Below are positions 13,663 through 27,309 of a stretch of 64,000 bases of DNA, piece after piece. Every line of letters starts with the position of its first letter. The first letter of the stretch is position 1. The position numbers and the translations under genes were made by a program. The stretch lies in the NCBI GenBank assembly GCA_024137785.1, contig JAHRHZ010000274.1:18452813-18516812 (forward strand). Reading direction: 5' to 3'. This stretch comes from Ginglymostoma cirratum (Eukaryota). Under the pieces are notes generated by a model that was not told where the DNA came from, made no database searches, and saw only the letters and a list, made by a program, of their open reading frames with translations.

Positions 13663-14698
13663 CTGCAAGCCTTAGAGCTGACATCCTTTGGAATTCCGGC
13701 TCCTGAAGCCACTTCCACATCCTCCTGAATGTCTCCCGGCCGGATTTGAGCTTGCTCCAGGGTTTGGGGTTCCTCAGCAGGTCCGAGAGGGTCCCTTGTG
13801 ACCTGCACAGGATGCGCTGGGCGAAAATGGCCTGCGGGATGCTGTAGCGCTTCAGCTCGGCGGTGATCCGCTGGGCCACTTCCTTGGTGTTGATCTCCTC
13901 GACCTGGTTGGAGCCGCCGCTTTGCGAGGCGGACACCGACGGCTGGCGGTCGCGCTCGGAGGAGAGCAGGGAGCCGTTGGCCTGGCCGTGGTGGTGACCG
14001 TGATGGTGCATGCCGTTGAGATGGGCCATCATGCCGGCTCCGGGAGCCGCCAGTCCCCGGGCCAGGTGCTCTTCTCCCCGGGACAGCATGGCAGCGTGGG
14101 ACTCGAACCCGCTGGGGGACAGGATCTTCTCGTTGGCCATGTGCCCGCCGTAAGGGGTGAGGGGCTGCTGAGAGTTGTGCAAAGTGCCCAGTCCGTTGGA
14201 GAGAGGGGATAGCGGTTGCCCCATGCTCGCCATGTCCTTGTGGTAGGGGCTGTAGAGATTGCCCATGGAAGGTAACCCCCTCTCGTCCCTCATGAGGGTG
14301 AAGCTGCCGCTGACATTGCCGGGCAGCCTCTGGTGTGGGGGGTGATGGTGATGGTGGTGGTGATGGTGGTGAGGGTGAGGGTGGTGGAATTTCTCAGACA
14401 CGGTGGAGATGGGCGGCAGGTGCTGCAGAGGGGTCAGCGTGGTGTAGGTACTGCTCAAACTCATCCCGGGCGGACTCTCACACGACATGCTCATGGCCGG
14501 GTGCAGGGGGCCTGACAGGCTCGGATCCGACCGGTACTCTCCCCCTTCCAGGATAGAAGCCATGCTGGACACCATGGCAGGCCGGCCGTGAGGCGCCAGG
14601 CTCCGGTGAGACGCCTGGCGATTGTGGGAACTGTTCATCAGGTCGCTGGCTTGGCTGGCGCCGTGGATATTCCCGAGGTTTTCCATTGTAAGCTCCAT
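13663..14698 (-). CDS. ONECUT3: ONECUT3-like transcription factor, coding exon 1 (N-terminus, TP box, poly-His, CUT domain)
   Basis: Translation MELTMENLG...TYTTLTPLQHLPP...HHHHHHHHHH...GSFTLMRDER...EEINTKEVAQRITAELKRYSIPQAIFAQRILCRSQGTLSDLLRNPKPWSKLKSGRETFRRMWKWLQEPEFQRMSALRLA. ATG at 14698 in strong context (agcATGG). Exon ends CTT GCA G|GTAGGA, a phase-1 donor at 13662, the usual ONECUT intron position. MEL start, LQHLPP and RITAE..QRILCRS fit paralog 3 as I recall it; ONECUT1/2 have QRVLCRS. Confidence 0.93.
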
Positions 14699-14886
14699 GC
14701 TCGCTGGGTTGGAGAGAGAGGTGAGGAAAAAGGAGGCATCAATCCCTAGCCATCCGCTCGGTCGAGCTCTGTCTGTGTATGTGTGTGGGTGTGTGTAGGT
14801 GTGTGTGTGTGTGTGTGTGGGAGGGGGTGGGGGGGATGTAGCGATCAGTGCTGCTGCTGTTGCTCTCTCTCGGATCGTTTGTGTGC

Positions 14887-14922
<36 letters not shown>

Positions 14923-15200
14923 GACTGATGCGCTGCTCCCTGGGCTGCCGGTTTAACCGCTTGCAGATTGGGGCAGAGACAGAGGGAGACAGACTCTCAG
15001 TGCGCACACTCTCACAGCCGAGTTTGACGTCAGCACTCCCACATCTTATTACTGAATTTCCGGAGGGTTTCTTTTCCTCTGTTTCTTTCCACCCTCCCTC
15101 CCTCCCCCATCACTCCTGCCCAATGCATTCCCCATTCGAAAGCCGGAAAGTTTCAGGCCGAACAATGCACGAGTGCAATTAGCGAAGAATGAACCTCGCT
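14699..15200 (-). promoter_or_regulatory. Putative 5' UTR and proximal promoter of ONECUT3
   Basis: GC/CpG-rich sequence upstream of the ATG. Perfect CRE palindrome TGACGTCA 15025-15032, CCAAT 15120-15124, ETS-like CCGGAA ~15143. TSS not determinable. Confidence 0.55.
14771..14925. repeat. (GT)n, G-run, (GTCT)n and (CT)n microsatellites in the 5' leader
   Basis: Directly visible simple repeats. Confidence 0.9.
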
Positions 15201-15863
15201 ACAATCGCAGCCTCTCACTTCAACACTGACGGTTCAGCTTCACATCCCAGCCCCAGCACAGGCAGCTAGTATCCGGCTGCCTTGCACGCGTTATCTCACT
15301 GACAAGGCTTTCTTTCACTGCAGATAAGGAAGGTGTCACCTTCCAACACCCACAGGTCGAAATCTCGGGATCAGACACGACCCTCGAGGCCCATCTCAAA
15401 ACATGGAGGATCATTTTGTTCACTGGGACGGTTGCTTCAATGTTTTAGGCAGTTCAGACATCAATAGTCGTTGTCCGGGCAATTAAATTCCGTTCTTTAA
15501 AATGAGTAGACCTCTCAGGATCCAGTTTCACTGGATCACAGTCATAGAAAGTTTATGGCGGGGCTGAAAGAGGCCATTTGGCCCATCAGGGTCGGCGCAG
15601 GGCCTGAGACAGTCACCCGAATCCAACTTCCCCATTTTCAGGGCCGAGACTTTGAGGGTCAAAATTGTGACAGTTGACTTTTTTTTGATATGGAACAAGT
15701 TTGACACTTCCACCAATGTTTCCGTTCATAACATACACTACAATATTTTGAATCTTTGCAACAGTGTAAAATTCAGAGCGACACATTTTGAGTTGCGGTG
15801 TCTTAAAGGAGACAGGCTTTTAGGCCTGAAAGACACTTCTGGACGAGTTGACACATTTTACAA

Positions 15864-15990
15864 TAAAACAACTGTGGATGCTGTAAATCTGAGACAAGAA
15901 CCGAAATTGCTGGAGAAACTCAGCAGGTCTAGCAGCACCCGTTGAGAGAAATCAGAGTTTTTGTTTCGAGTCCACTGACCCTTCCTCAGA
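15864..15990 (-). mobile_element. Penelope-derived short element with hammerhead-like core, ~1.2 kb upstream of the ONECUT3 ATG
   Basis: Minus strand CTGAGGA-A-GGGTC(agtg)GACTC-GAAAC at 15989-15963. 13-bp direct repeat acacattttacaa (15851-15863 / 15991-16003). Confidence 0.85.
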
Positions 15991-16505
15991 ACACATTTTA
16001 CAAAGTGCCCTGCCTGTGTTTGGGAAGAATTGTCCTTCATTTCAGCTTTTACACTTTCCTCAAATCTTCAGCCGAGAGATACCAGTGCGGTTACTTGGTG
16101 TACAGTGGTCGTGATCTGAAGACACCTCGATTGTTTGTCAACACTCGGGGCTTTATTTGCTGAAACCCTGCCGCTATCCTGATCAATAGGTCCAATATGG
16201 AACACTCACAGCTGCTTTGCCACAGAAATGCAGACACGACGCGCACTCGAAATTGTCATCGAATTAGTTATGCCCTAACAGCGCTGGGAAACATTTCCAA
16301 AGCCCAAGTTGTCAGCTGCATTGGAGCAGTTCTGTTGAGAGAGATTGCGCTCGTTAGACTCGGCAGGTCTTCGGGTTCACCCGGGGACGCAGTCACACGG
16401 AAATAAACGATGCGCCTTGAGAAATTCACATCTGTTTGAACTCGGGAGGAAGTAAACACGGCGCTGAATTTGGAACCGGGTTTGGAGGGATAAAGGGCAG
16501 CATTT

Positions 16506-16545
16506 ATGTGTGTGTGTGGGTGTGTGTGTGTGCGCCTGCACACAC
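16506..16545. repeat. (TG)n microsatellite
   Basis: Directly visible. Confidence 0.8.
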
Positions 16546-19500
16546 TGCCTTTATTGTCCATTCAACCGGAAATGCCGCTTTCTCCACGAAAACCTGACCA
16601 TTTTTTGGCCGAATGATGACTCCTGGCTTTAAGTGCCATTGGTAAACGCCGAATGATGAAACTCCGGGCTGACGTGAGAAAGACAAATTCTGACCTGTAG
16701 TTGGGGTGGGGGTGAAAGCCTTTGGGGAGTCAGAGCAGTAACCAGTGGTAACAACATGAAAGTGTTGTATTAAGGGACTTGCAGAGGATTTGCAACATAA
16801 AGACATACAAAAACCCAGCTGAGAGCGCTTTGATCTGGAATATACTGAGGTCGAAGATTTTGAAAAAAAAACTCCACAAATCGAGCTGCGATTTAGTGAA
16901 CATCGCCGCCAGTAAATCCGAAGGCCGCACGTTTTCATAGCGGGAATGTACCCCGGACCATTCCTCACAATATATACAATAGGCTAAAATAACCGAGAAT
17001 AATCTCGCTTCCTCTCGGGTATAGAATATTCTGAATGACCTGTCGGCTGTACCTACAATTCACCTGTTTCTCTTTGGAGCCCGGTGCTATATTCACCCTG
17101 CATTCAGCTACCGTCCCCTCAACATCAACAAAAAACAAAGTTTACAGAAAGTTTGACGTTTCTGTGTTTTCTGTTTGAAAGATGGGCTGCTTTGAGTGTT
17201 TAACGGTTACAGACTGCGGCGTAAACATCTTGTTTTCCTGATCTAAGAACTGAGAACTTTACAACCGAGAGAGACGCGGCGGGTCAGACTGCGGCTCCTT
17301 TTCACTTCTGCTAAACTGGCTCGCTTCAGCTTCCTGATCTGCTGACGCTGAAATATATTAGCTCCATTGCAACTTGTTCATTTCTCTTAAACCGGCAACA
17401 CAGTACCATTATTACTAGGGCAATATGAACGTTTATTTTCACAAAACCCTCTATCATTTCCAAAACTACCGATTTCTACGTCGTCACAATAAATGTTGCT
17501 CAATTAAGTACAAATTCAGGATAACATTGATTATCTGGGAAGAATATTATTGTTGTTGTTTACTTGTGACGACAGTAAAGCTGATAGTCTTTTCCCGCCA
17601 CTTGATTTAGTTGAAAGCCAGTTTATTTCTTCGGCACTCCATTAGTAATTAACAAAATATAATTTAGAAGGTAGAATGCTCGCTTCATTCTAGCAGGGAT
17701 CTGCAACACCTCATTGCTTCGTCCAAATCAATAAAATATCATTAGCCAAAGCGCAGCCAAATGTGCTGAAAATCAGAAAGGAAAGGATTTTTGGTTTTAT
17801 TTAAAAATGGTCATTTCCCATTACTGAAGCAAGTTAGGAAAACTGAATTCGAAAGGATGGTGCAACTTTTAACATTAACATTATATTACGTGTCACTGAT
17901 TCACATAGTGGATTTCATTAACATGATGATGCTACTGAAAGGCGCTAGTCAGGCCCCTTTCAAAGGATTACAACCGTAGCCCGGCCTTTAGTTGAAAAAT
18001 GCTCGCCACCACTTAATTAATTCAACTGTAATCATTAATGACGCCAGCACTGCCCTCCAATCTGCCGAATAACTGGAATGTTCCAAAATAAAGCTAACAT
18101 TTTAAAAAAAGAACTTCTTCCCGATTAACTCTGTCGTGGATTTATTTAGGACATTAATCCCGCACACCAATTGTAGATATGATTTCTGTAAACTCCGATT
18201 GATGTGGTTTTTAACATGTACTTAAAAATGCTAATAGTTGCAATTGTTGCTTCAAAGCTACATATAATAACTACTCTTTATTTATCCCTGTTGAAGTGAC
18301 CAGAGCCCTGAGAGAAACAGTTTGGGGTGTGCAGCTTTTTTTCTATCTCCTAACCATCTGGCAGCTGCTCTGGCCCTGCCAAGTATTGATCCACTTCTTT
18401 CTGCCTGTTCGCCCTAGCTCGGGTTAATTCTTATCCACCTCTTCTCCAGCAAATTCACCTCGGAATTATCTGTGAGGGAAGAAAATAAAAGAGCTGCTTC
18501 ATTATTCCTTACCAAAATAACGCACAAGAACTTGCCCCCCTCCTTCTACTCCCCCCGCCGGTAAGTAAACAGGTGTTTCCACCGGCTGTCGGTACAATCC
18601 GTAGAAGCTCCATTTACGTTTGTTGGCTTGCCCGCTGTGCTGTGTCTAATGCAGGGAGATTCAGAGCAATTCCGCACCCAAAAAGCGTTCCATCTTCGGC
18701 TCAGAGATCCAGTCGCTACATAATCAGTCAAAACAAGTAGGGGACTAGTCTTGCCGTTTTAACGAAGGACTGTGAGCATGATTATATCGCTCACTGTTCA
18801 CAGGGCACTGAAAGAACAGATATTGGGGAATGGAAAACTGCACAATAAAAATCCCTAACAAAGAAACAGAAATCAAACTCTTTTTCGAATGGAGCACACA
18901 GCTAATATGTATCTCTACTTTTATCACAGATACCTTCTGCTATCATCTTATGCAGCATTGTAGTTACAGAGATTAATTAGCTGTCATTAAATTCTCATTG
19001 GCATTGGTTGTTATTTTCTTGAAGGCTAGAGAAAAAAATAAGTTTTGTTACGCATTATTGTATTCGAAAGTGAATTTCCCTGAAATCGTTTGTCAGTCGT
19101 ACGCAGCTCTCAAGTCCCAGTCGCGTTGCTGATTTTATAAACAGCTGGGAAAGTAAGTGTAGTTTGCTTCCAATAACATGATGTACAGCACCCACCCACC
19201 CAAAGAGACGTCTTAACCCGGCGGATTGTTTAGGTGCTCTTAACAGCAAGTATTAACAAAAACAAAGAGTCGAAGACAAATATTTGCAAGTTAGAATCAC
19301 CGTGCAGGGTTCTTTCCAAATGCAAATTACAATTGACTTTCCATAAGAATATGAATAGGGTTTAATTAATTTATACGGCCTAAAGATACAACAGTTTTGA
19401 GGTTGTGATTAGTAAACGCAGTTAAGAAGTACTGAAAGTACATTATATCGTCTCCAAATGTCGAAAGTGGTAAAGATATATCGCCCTCGCTGCTTCCACC

Positions 19501-22500
19501 TGGCCTGGTAGCGCCGGGTATGGAAAGGGAGTTTTGATAGGAAAGAAAATTAGAGAACATTTGTATGTGTTTGCTTAACAGGCTAAATGGGCCACAGGTG
19601 TGGCATCGTTTTTCTTTATATAGCAAACAATTTAAATAATTTATAATCTCAATTTAAATGTATTGTATAAGAAGTTATGATAGACTGCACTTTTAGATAC
19701 AGATGCTATTTGGTTTTACAATCAGCTTCTTCGCTCTCTGTTAATTTGCGCTTTGGCCGACATGGAAGGAACGTTCCAGTTTTCAACAATGTTTCACTTA
19801 ATTTGAAACGTTTTGGGCTAATTTAAAGTCACTCTGTTAAAGAAAATCCAGAAATTAATGAGGGTTCATCTTCAGTTAAAGGGCAGTTCAAATTACACCA
19901 CAGCATTTCAGCCGGGAAACTGTGTTGAGTTCGTTTCTTTTACTAAATCACATCCAGAACATTATATCTGTTGAGAGCACAGTTTTTCACTTTGCATTTT
20001 AAAGATGGAGTATCTTAACAGTGGGTGATTTAAGTAACGAATGTCCCTTCCAGTATCGATCTTCTCGCATTTAAATGGTTCTTCCAGAAAACACGAGGCA
20101 ACAGTAGTCAGGAAAATGCTTGTGTGACTAATAACACCAGATAAATGTCAGCTTCTTCCATCCAGGAGGCTATAGCAAGCCAGACCAGTTAAAACTAAAA
20201 TCATAAAAGAGCGCATGTGCTAGAACACATGACAATGAAGCATGTTTGAAAAAAAAGACAAATAAAAGTTCACCGACAATTAAAAGCGTTTCCGGCTGTA
20301 GTAACAGTCAAAAGATTGTTTTAACGTCGTAGGGAAAACGCTCTGTCTCAATGTCGAATGAAAACTCTTAAGCAATAGTCTTCGAAACAAACGCTGAACG
20401 GAGAGTGGGGTGGGGGGGTGGTGGGGAAGGTGGCATCCTCGGGTCATGTGTCTGTAGTAATATTAACACTCCATGTTTTGACTAAAGTACAATTTTCATG
20501 CCAAGAGCTGAGAAATTCAGTATTTGCCTGGCTAGCAAAGCCAGTCATTTTTCAACTGCTACTACACTGCAAAAAAGAACTCCATGAAGATACAATACTT
20601 CTTGAATGTACCTGCCATGCCTTGTTGTTAAAAACTCTACACTATGTCGGAAGTGCTTTGTGACTTGATGAAGTAGCCATTTCTGCTAGCAACTGTGCCG
20701 CGTGGTTTAATATCGACAGATCGCCTATTGACTTTGCACTGGACTTGCCTTGCCAACTGTTTTCCCTCCCCTCTGATTCTATGAATGTTGCAAGAAATAT
20801 TCCTCAGGTGGACTCATATTTAATCAAATTTGCAGCTGCAGAATTTCTGGGAAATATTGAGCTGATGTGCCTTAATGTGGGCGCCTCTCGGATGTTAAGG
20901 TTTGGCAAGGAAAATAGAATTGAGTTCCGGGACTCAAATCAGTCAGGCCGTCCAAGGGGAGGGACGATTGCTTTGGTATTCCACGTACTTGACAAACAAG
21001 GTGCTTGCAATTAAACATCACCACTTATTTATTTACGGAGACCTTCAAGAATTAATCAGGAATTTAGCAAACATTGTAATATAGGTGAGACATATTTGAA
21101 TACTAATTAAGCCAGAGTTACTGAAAATCCTTACGAATAGATTCTCTAATGTGTTAACATATTCAATACACAAATCACAAACTCAATTCCCTTGAAGAAC
21201 GAGCTGACAGCATCAAACTGTTAAAGTAAACTCTTAAAATCAGGATGAATATTTTTCCAAATGAGTATAATTTTAGTGGCAGGGTTCAGTTTATCTCCAT
21301 GCATTATCCTTCAGGAAGAAAACAAATAATCAACGTAGTTACTGTTATTTGGTACAAAATGGATTTATGTCATAAATTACATTGCGATTGTGTTGTAGGG
21401 CGAGTTGTTCTATTCTGCTGAATTGCAGTTGCATTTTACAAATCAATTCCATTTATGTTAAACCGCTTAAAGGTTTAACAGCGAGTGAAATGTTCTCAAA
21501 ACTTAGCGGTTAGCATTAGAAACTATTAGACCAGCAACTCAAAAGCACGAGTTTAGTTAATAGGTACACACATTGTAACGCCAGGTTCAATTCCATACTT
21601 ATCATGTCTAGAAATTAAGCACTTCTAAAGTAAGCAAGAATGTAGATAATAATGACTACATATGTAGCCTGCATCCCTGGTTTATTTAAAATTAACATTC
21701 AAACAATAGTCTGGAATATTGCCAATTGCTACATTGTAAAGAGCCGACCGTACGCCTTTTTCAATGTATTTAACGACTTTGCATTTGACTAAAATAGGAT
21801 TTATTGATTTTACATACAAAGCTTTAGGCTGCATTTTTTCACGCTGTTCTTTTTTTGTTAAAGAAAATCAGGGTTTATTGGTTATTCCTTGGAAAGCTGT
21901 GGCCATCAAAACCACGACAAGAAAGCTGTTCAAACATTAATCCGATTTCCGACAGGTCGTCACGAAAATCCTGTAAGCATATTAAAAAAAATACATAGAT
22001 GGTAAACTCAGCACCCTAACTTTCATACCAATAGCGGAACACTCTTTTCAAATTATTTAAATAGAAATACTCAATACATTGACTTGAAGTCTCTGCGACA
22101 ACAAATGACTAGCTAAATGTGTAATTGATCTGAATCCAGCAATGCCGAATAAATCTCTTAAAAAAACTGGTTAACAGTGAGGTGAATTTACATTCCAGCC
22201 TAATGCACTGAGAATTATTAGATATCAGCTTATTAAACTTTCTAATTCAGCAAAAACATTCTGAAAACAGTTCCATTCAGATTCTTATGACTTCAAGGCT
22301 CGAAGTCCTCATCTACAAAATACATTTGACTCTGACTGTCTCAATAATCGTCATTATACACAGCCCCGATTTTTTTAAAAAGATGTGGTGTTTAATACAA
22401 CAGAAAATTGTACAAAACTCCACGTTCACCGGGAGATTTTCAAACGGAACTTCATATAGGACGTTTCTCGGATTTACAAAATCCTCATTGTTAGATAAAC

Positions 22501-24611
22501 TGTAATGAGGACTAGAAGATTTGATTGATTAAATTATAAACGGATAGAGATGGTGGATCCTAACTGTAAAGCGGGACAGGATTTTTACTATGTTACTTGC
22601 AAGTAATCAAAGTCCAAACTTCTCAAAACATTTGTTTGTAACATTCAGCCTTACCTGTATATTTACAGAATACCCGTCGCGTGACTACGAGAGAGCATTC
22701 GTTTTAGTTTGGGCAATGACTATTTTAATGTAAGGAGGACATTAGAATATTTTTGTGAACATGACCTCCACAATTATGCTCTACAGTTGCTGGCGGCGCT
22801 GAAAGGCTACCTACACCTCCCTGTCTATCGAGTAGTTTTGGCTGGACAAAACGTAGTTTCTGCTTTTCAACTAAAATAAAAAACAAAACAGATTAAATGC
22901 AACCAGAGAGGTTTGCAGTTTTTTTTACATTGCAACCCAAATATGCAGCGAATGTACTTATTCGGCAGGATTTTAAATTTGGGGACCTGTTAAATCAACA
23001 TCTGTGAAAATGTTCAAGGACGCAGAGAAACTCTTGACCCGGGAACTGTAAAATTTATATAAAAATACATACTAACTGGAGAGAATGATTCACCGATCAA
23101 ACACGTCTAGGCCACTTTTACATGTGTAGGCACTTTTCCCCTCAAATGAAAGTATTAACACTGCCTGCAGCCTCGAATTTCACTGGCTTTGAATGAGGAA
23201 CATAACATTGGCCAAATAATATAAATCCCTATCGGGTTATAGTCCTGTTTACGCAGTGTCTATGCGAACATGGGTTTAAAAATTCAACGTCATTATTACT
23301 TTCTCTGCCCAAACGAAGGAGATTTTAACGGAGAACGATGTAGTCCCACAAGAATACTGCACCCTTCGCAACATAACTTCAAAGACGTGCAAAACTAATG
23401 AGAGATAAAATTTATCTGACCTCATCTACTTAGCAATTCTTTTAATAAATTATTAATAAAATAAACCCAAGGGGCGTGTTTAACTGATACTCTAACATCA
23501 AATTTTTGCAATATTCTTCAAATGGCGTTGCACATGTTTTCTTAACGAATGTCCATGTTTGTAAGACCGCGCTAGGGAAGGGACATAGACGAAACAGGAT
23601 ATTCGTTACAGTAAAAAAGTAGAGTTACAGGCAGAAAACTATAAGTTAAAAAAAGTCGATATAATGCAGAAATACAGTTATTGTTTAGCTTCTGCAATGC
23701 AATCGGCAAGACCTTTCAGAGGCTAATGGAGCTATTAACATTTTGTTTTTTTAAACCTATTTCTTCCCATTTTTAACTTCCTTGTGAAAATTAGCTTTCT
23801 CTTTGCAGGATTCTCACATTCGGAGAAGTTATTGAATTTCTTACATAACTGTGAAAGGCGAGTTGTTCTACTCTTTCATTCCACGTATTTAATCCCACTT
23901 CAATAGATGTCTGAAGGGAAAATGTGTTGTATTAATTAATAGACATGTAAAAACAGTGTCCAATTTTAATGGCCTAGCACTCGCAACTCTACTTCCTGAC
24001 GTAAACTTCAAGCTTCTTGACACACATGAAGAACCTTCGGGGGAAAAGAAGCTACTCTTGATTTCAACTCATTTTGAATTATTGATATTTGGAACAAAGT
24101 TTAATGTCAATTAATCAACTTTCACCGGCTACATTCCAGGAATATTCTCAAGATAACCCCAGCCGCTTTCTTTTACATTAACAAAAATCTGGAATATTAT
24201 TATGTAACGTAATCGTTAATTGTCTATGCTTTGGTAAAATGATTGAATCTATTGTACTAATACAAATGCAGTAAGATGTAACGCTTCCTATTGGCAAATA
24301 ATTGGTAAAATATGAACTATTTAATTAGTTTTGCAGTTACTGTCTCACATGTATCCTGTCCATAAACTGCGCCCATAAAATCCACCTGTTACATACTCAG
24401 TAGTGCGGGTCCTATCGGCAATTGAGAATTACGTTCAAGTAGAAATTTTGTTCCTGAAGCTTGACGCTGCGCTTCGAGCACTCCCGGATGAAAACGGTTT
24501 CATTAAACAGCGTGCCAGTGGTTCATGACAATCAACTGGGACTTTGCAACCTTCTGAGGCCATTCACAGTTCCGGGAGTAACAAGGAAAATTGGAACCGC
24601 AGATTACCAAT

Positions 24612-24704
24612 TTCTGATGAAGGGTTTAGGCCCGAAACGTCGAGTTTTCCTGCTCCTATGATGCTGCTTGACCTGCTGTGTTCATCCAGCCCCATGCTTG
24701 TAAT
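24612..24704 (+). mobile_element. Penelope-derived short element with intact hammerhead-like core
   Basis: CTGATGA-A-GGGT(ttag)GCCC-GAAA-CGTC at 24614-24641; almost identical to the copy at 7332-7423. Confidence 0.85.
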
Positions 24705-25739
24705 CCCCCCAACATCTTCGGCAATTGCGTCAAATATGATGGAATTCAAGGTCATATTTCAGTTATAAGTTTAACAGTCGTAACTATCACAACTATTACA
24801 ACCTGATAAATAAATGCACACAATAACTGATTTGCAAACTATCGTCAAATAAGTATAGTGAGAAAAGAGCGAGAGAGAAATGGATCAAACTGCCACTTAG
24901 AAATTAAAGAGTTTGGGGGTATGTGAGGAGTCAGAACAAATTTACCTGGGAAAAAGCAAGTGAAATGCATTCTACCATAAAGTTCTAGAGCTCCACAGAT
25001 GGCAATACCTGCTCTGGCAGACAGCGCAAAGCTGATTAAGGAGAAAGATGTGAACCATGTACTTTGCATTATGTGAATTTCATCTTTGCAAAGCTGCGCC
25101 CATTAGAATGAATGATTTCTTGTATTGTGTTCGGAAAACCTGCCTGAATATATTTTGCGATTTGGGCAACACGGAAAAAACCAGAAATCTGTGACTGGTC
25201 TCTTTTCATCAGACCCACCCAATCTTTACATTATCCAACGGCATTAAGATGGTGCTGCCGTTTGCAATTTATTGATTTTTTTTAAAGGGCCGGGGAAAAC
25301 GTTCGAAGATTTAGTTGGGAATGGTGCAAATACTGATGAATCCTCCCTAACTCTCATGTTCATATCAAGGACATTGTTGTATTTTACAGGAAGGCGGAGA
25401 AGAGGCGGAACCAGCTGCGTTGCTCTTGCCCGGGGCTGCATGCTCACGGGGGGCTGAATGGCTTCCATTTGTGTTGTAACTGCTCAATGAATCTAAGGAC
25501 TTATGTCCCGAGATGACTGCAGTGCAGCAATGAATGGCTCAGTTCTCCCCATGAATCTCTCTCGGTGCAAGTGGTAACTTTACAAATTGTGTATTTCACA
25601 ACTACGCAACTAACATCTTCAGGTCAACATGGACCAGTCGGGTGTGATTTTACACTTAGTACATTTCGAGAACGTGTAAACGCAGGCCATCGACATCCAA
25701 AAGGTCTCACCATGCAGCACTGCAACACACTCACATATG

Positions 25740-25903
25740 AAAACAAAATCCACACAGAACTGCTGGCGTTAGAAATCAGAAACAAAATCATAAATTGCTG
25801 GAAAAGAAATACAGTTCTGTGTCGAGAAAGCAAAGCTTTCGAGTCCAGTGATCCTTCTTCAGACCTGCTGCGTTCTTTTTCCTCCCAGCCATTTCTGTTT
25901 TTG
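25740..25903 (-). mobile_element. Rearranged Penelope-derived short element
   Basis: Minus strand CTGAAGA-A-GGATC(actg)GACTC-GAAA-GCTT at 25862-25833, with terminal-repeat fragments on both sides. Confidence 0.7.
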
Positions 25904-25934
25904 ACACTCATACAAACACTGGGCAGCGTATGTC

Positions 25935-26205
25935 TACAGTGTGGACCATTCGACCCGCTGAGCTTCCCTACAGACCCACCCCTCTACATTTGCCATGGCT
26001 AAACCACCTAATCTGCACATCCCTGGACTTTATGGGCAATTTAGCATGGCCAATCCGCCTAACCTGCATATCTTTGTGACCGTGGGAGGACAGACACGAG
26101 GAGAATGTGCAAACTCCACACAGACAGTCGCCCGAGGGTGGAATCGAACCTGAGTCCCTGTTGCTGTGAGGGAGCAGTGTTAACCACTGAGCCACCGTGC
26201 CGCCC
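25935..26205 (-). mobile_element. tRNA-derived SINE (HE1/V-SINE-like)
   Basis: Minus-strand head gggcggcacggtggctcagtggttaacac...caggttcgattcc (A/B boxes), then tgtgtggagtttgcacattctc and gattggccatgctaaattgccc core. Confidence 0.85.
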
Positions 26206-27309
26206 TAAAAAAAACAGAATTAAGTCAATCCCGCCAATTCGATCATCGCCACAATGTATGCAAGTGATTTAGAAATTCTTTCCAGCAGATGAAAGTCACT
26301 GTCCTTCCCCGAATGATTCTACTGGTTTGCAACAGGTCTAGAGATCTAAGGGAACAGTTTTAAGACAGCAGGGCTGATGACATGACAGATTATAGGCAGG
26401 TGACGTGGCGGGGATTTCTCCCCGTTTCAAGACAGTTGCAAAATTAGTAACCTGATTTTTCAAAGTGCTCAAGTGGTACACACACCAAACTCAAATGTGA
26501 CACCAGAACTCAGCACTTTGTGTTTTTATTTCAGATTTCCAGTATTCGCATTTTGTTGTTTTCTTCTTCTTGTAAACCAAGGCAGTTATAAAAATATTCA
26601 CCTCGGTCAAACGTATCACACTTGTTAGAGAGAAAAGAAAACAATATTTTCATGATGAAATGACCAGGTAAATTCAGATAATACCGGAGCAATAATTGGC
26701 GCTATTAAGACTGGATTCATGCAGTCTAACTATAGATTTTGGATAACAGAAGGCAAACTGCAGTAGATGGAAGATTTTTGTCTTGGCTGTGTGCATATCT
26801 GCAGAATTTCAGGCTGCTCTAACATTGATAAGGAACACTGTCAATCAGGGAGTCTACGTCTCTCTGGCTGTTACAGGGGGACGGATGTGACTCCTGGTAA
26901 CTTTCGAATCACAGGACAGCAAATGGAAATCTAGCCCGCTGTCGAACCAAGTTGTACAAAAAGGGCCGGTTGTCACTGTCAGGCAAGTTTTCCATCTGAT
27001 CTAAATGTAATTGTTTAGAGAATAAGGTGTCTTTCTTCTCTAATCTGGATATCTAATTAGGCAGTGACAACCCTGAGCATGCCAGTAACTGGATTTATAC
27101 AGTGAGCTAGCTTTCTTCACAGCATCCTAGCCAGGCAGGAAACCTGCAGTGTCAACCTGCTTCCACTGACGAGATAGTTCAGGTGTATTTTTCTGTGCTC
27201 GCTGGCGCGCTACCCATGATCTCATTGTAGGCATACAAATCAAAGAAAGTCGTTGCATTTGTATAGCTCCGTTTAGAACCATAGGTTCAATGAGCTTTAC
27301 AATGCAAGG

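Noticed and set aside
14699-15007. 103-codon in-frame N-terminal extension of the ONECUT ORF from a GTG
   Set aside because: It runs through (CA)n/(GACA)n microsatellites that lack stops by composition. Family homology starts at MELTME, which has a strong Kozak context.
20407-20432. G-run cluster as a G-quadruplex (also 14819-14835)
   Set aside because: Plausible physically but common, with no supporting context.
26140-26205. tRNA-like A/B boxes (also ~29320-29374, ~44930-44996, ~53340-53422)
   Set aside because: These are SINE heads attached to SINE bodies; no full cloverleaf.
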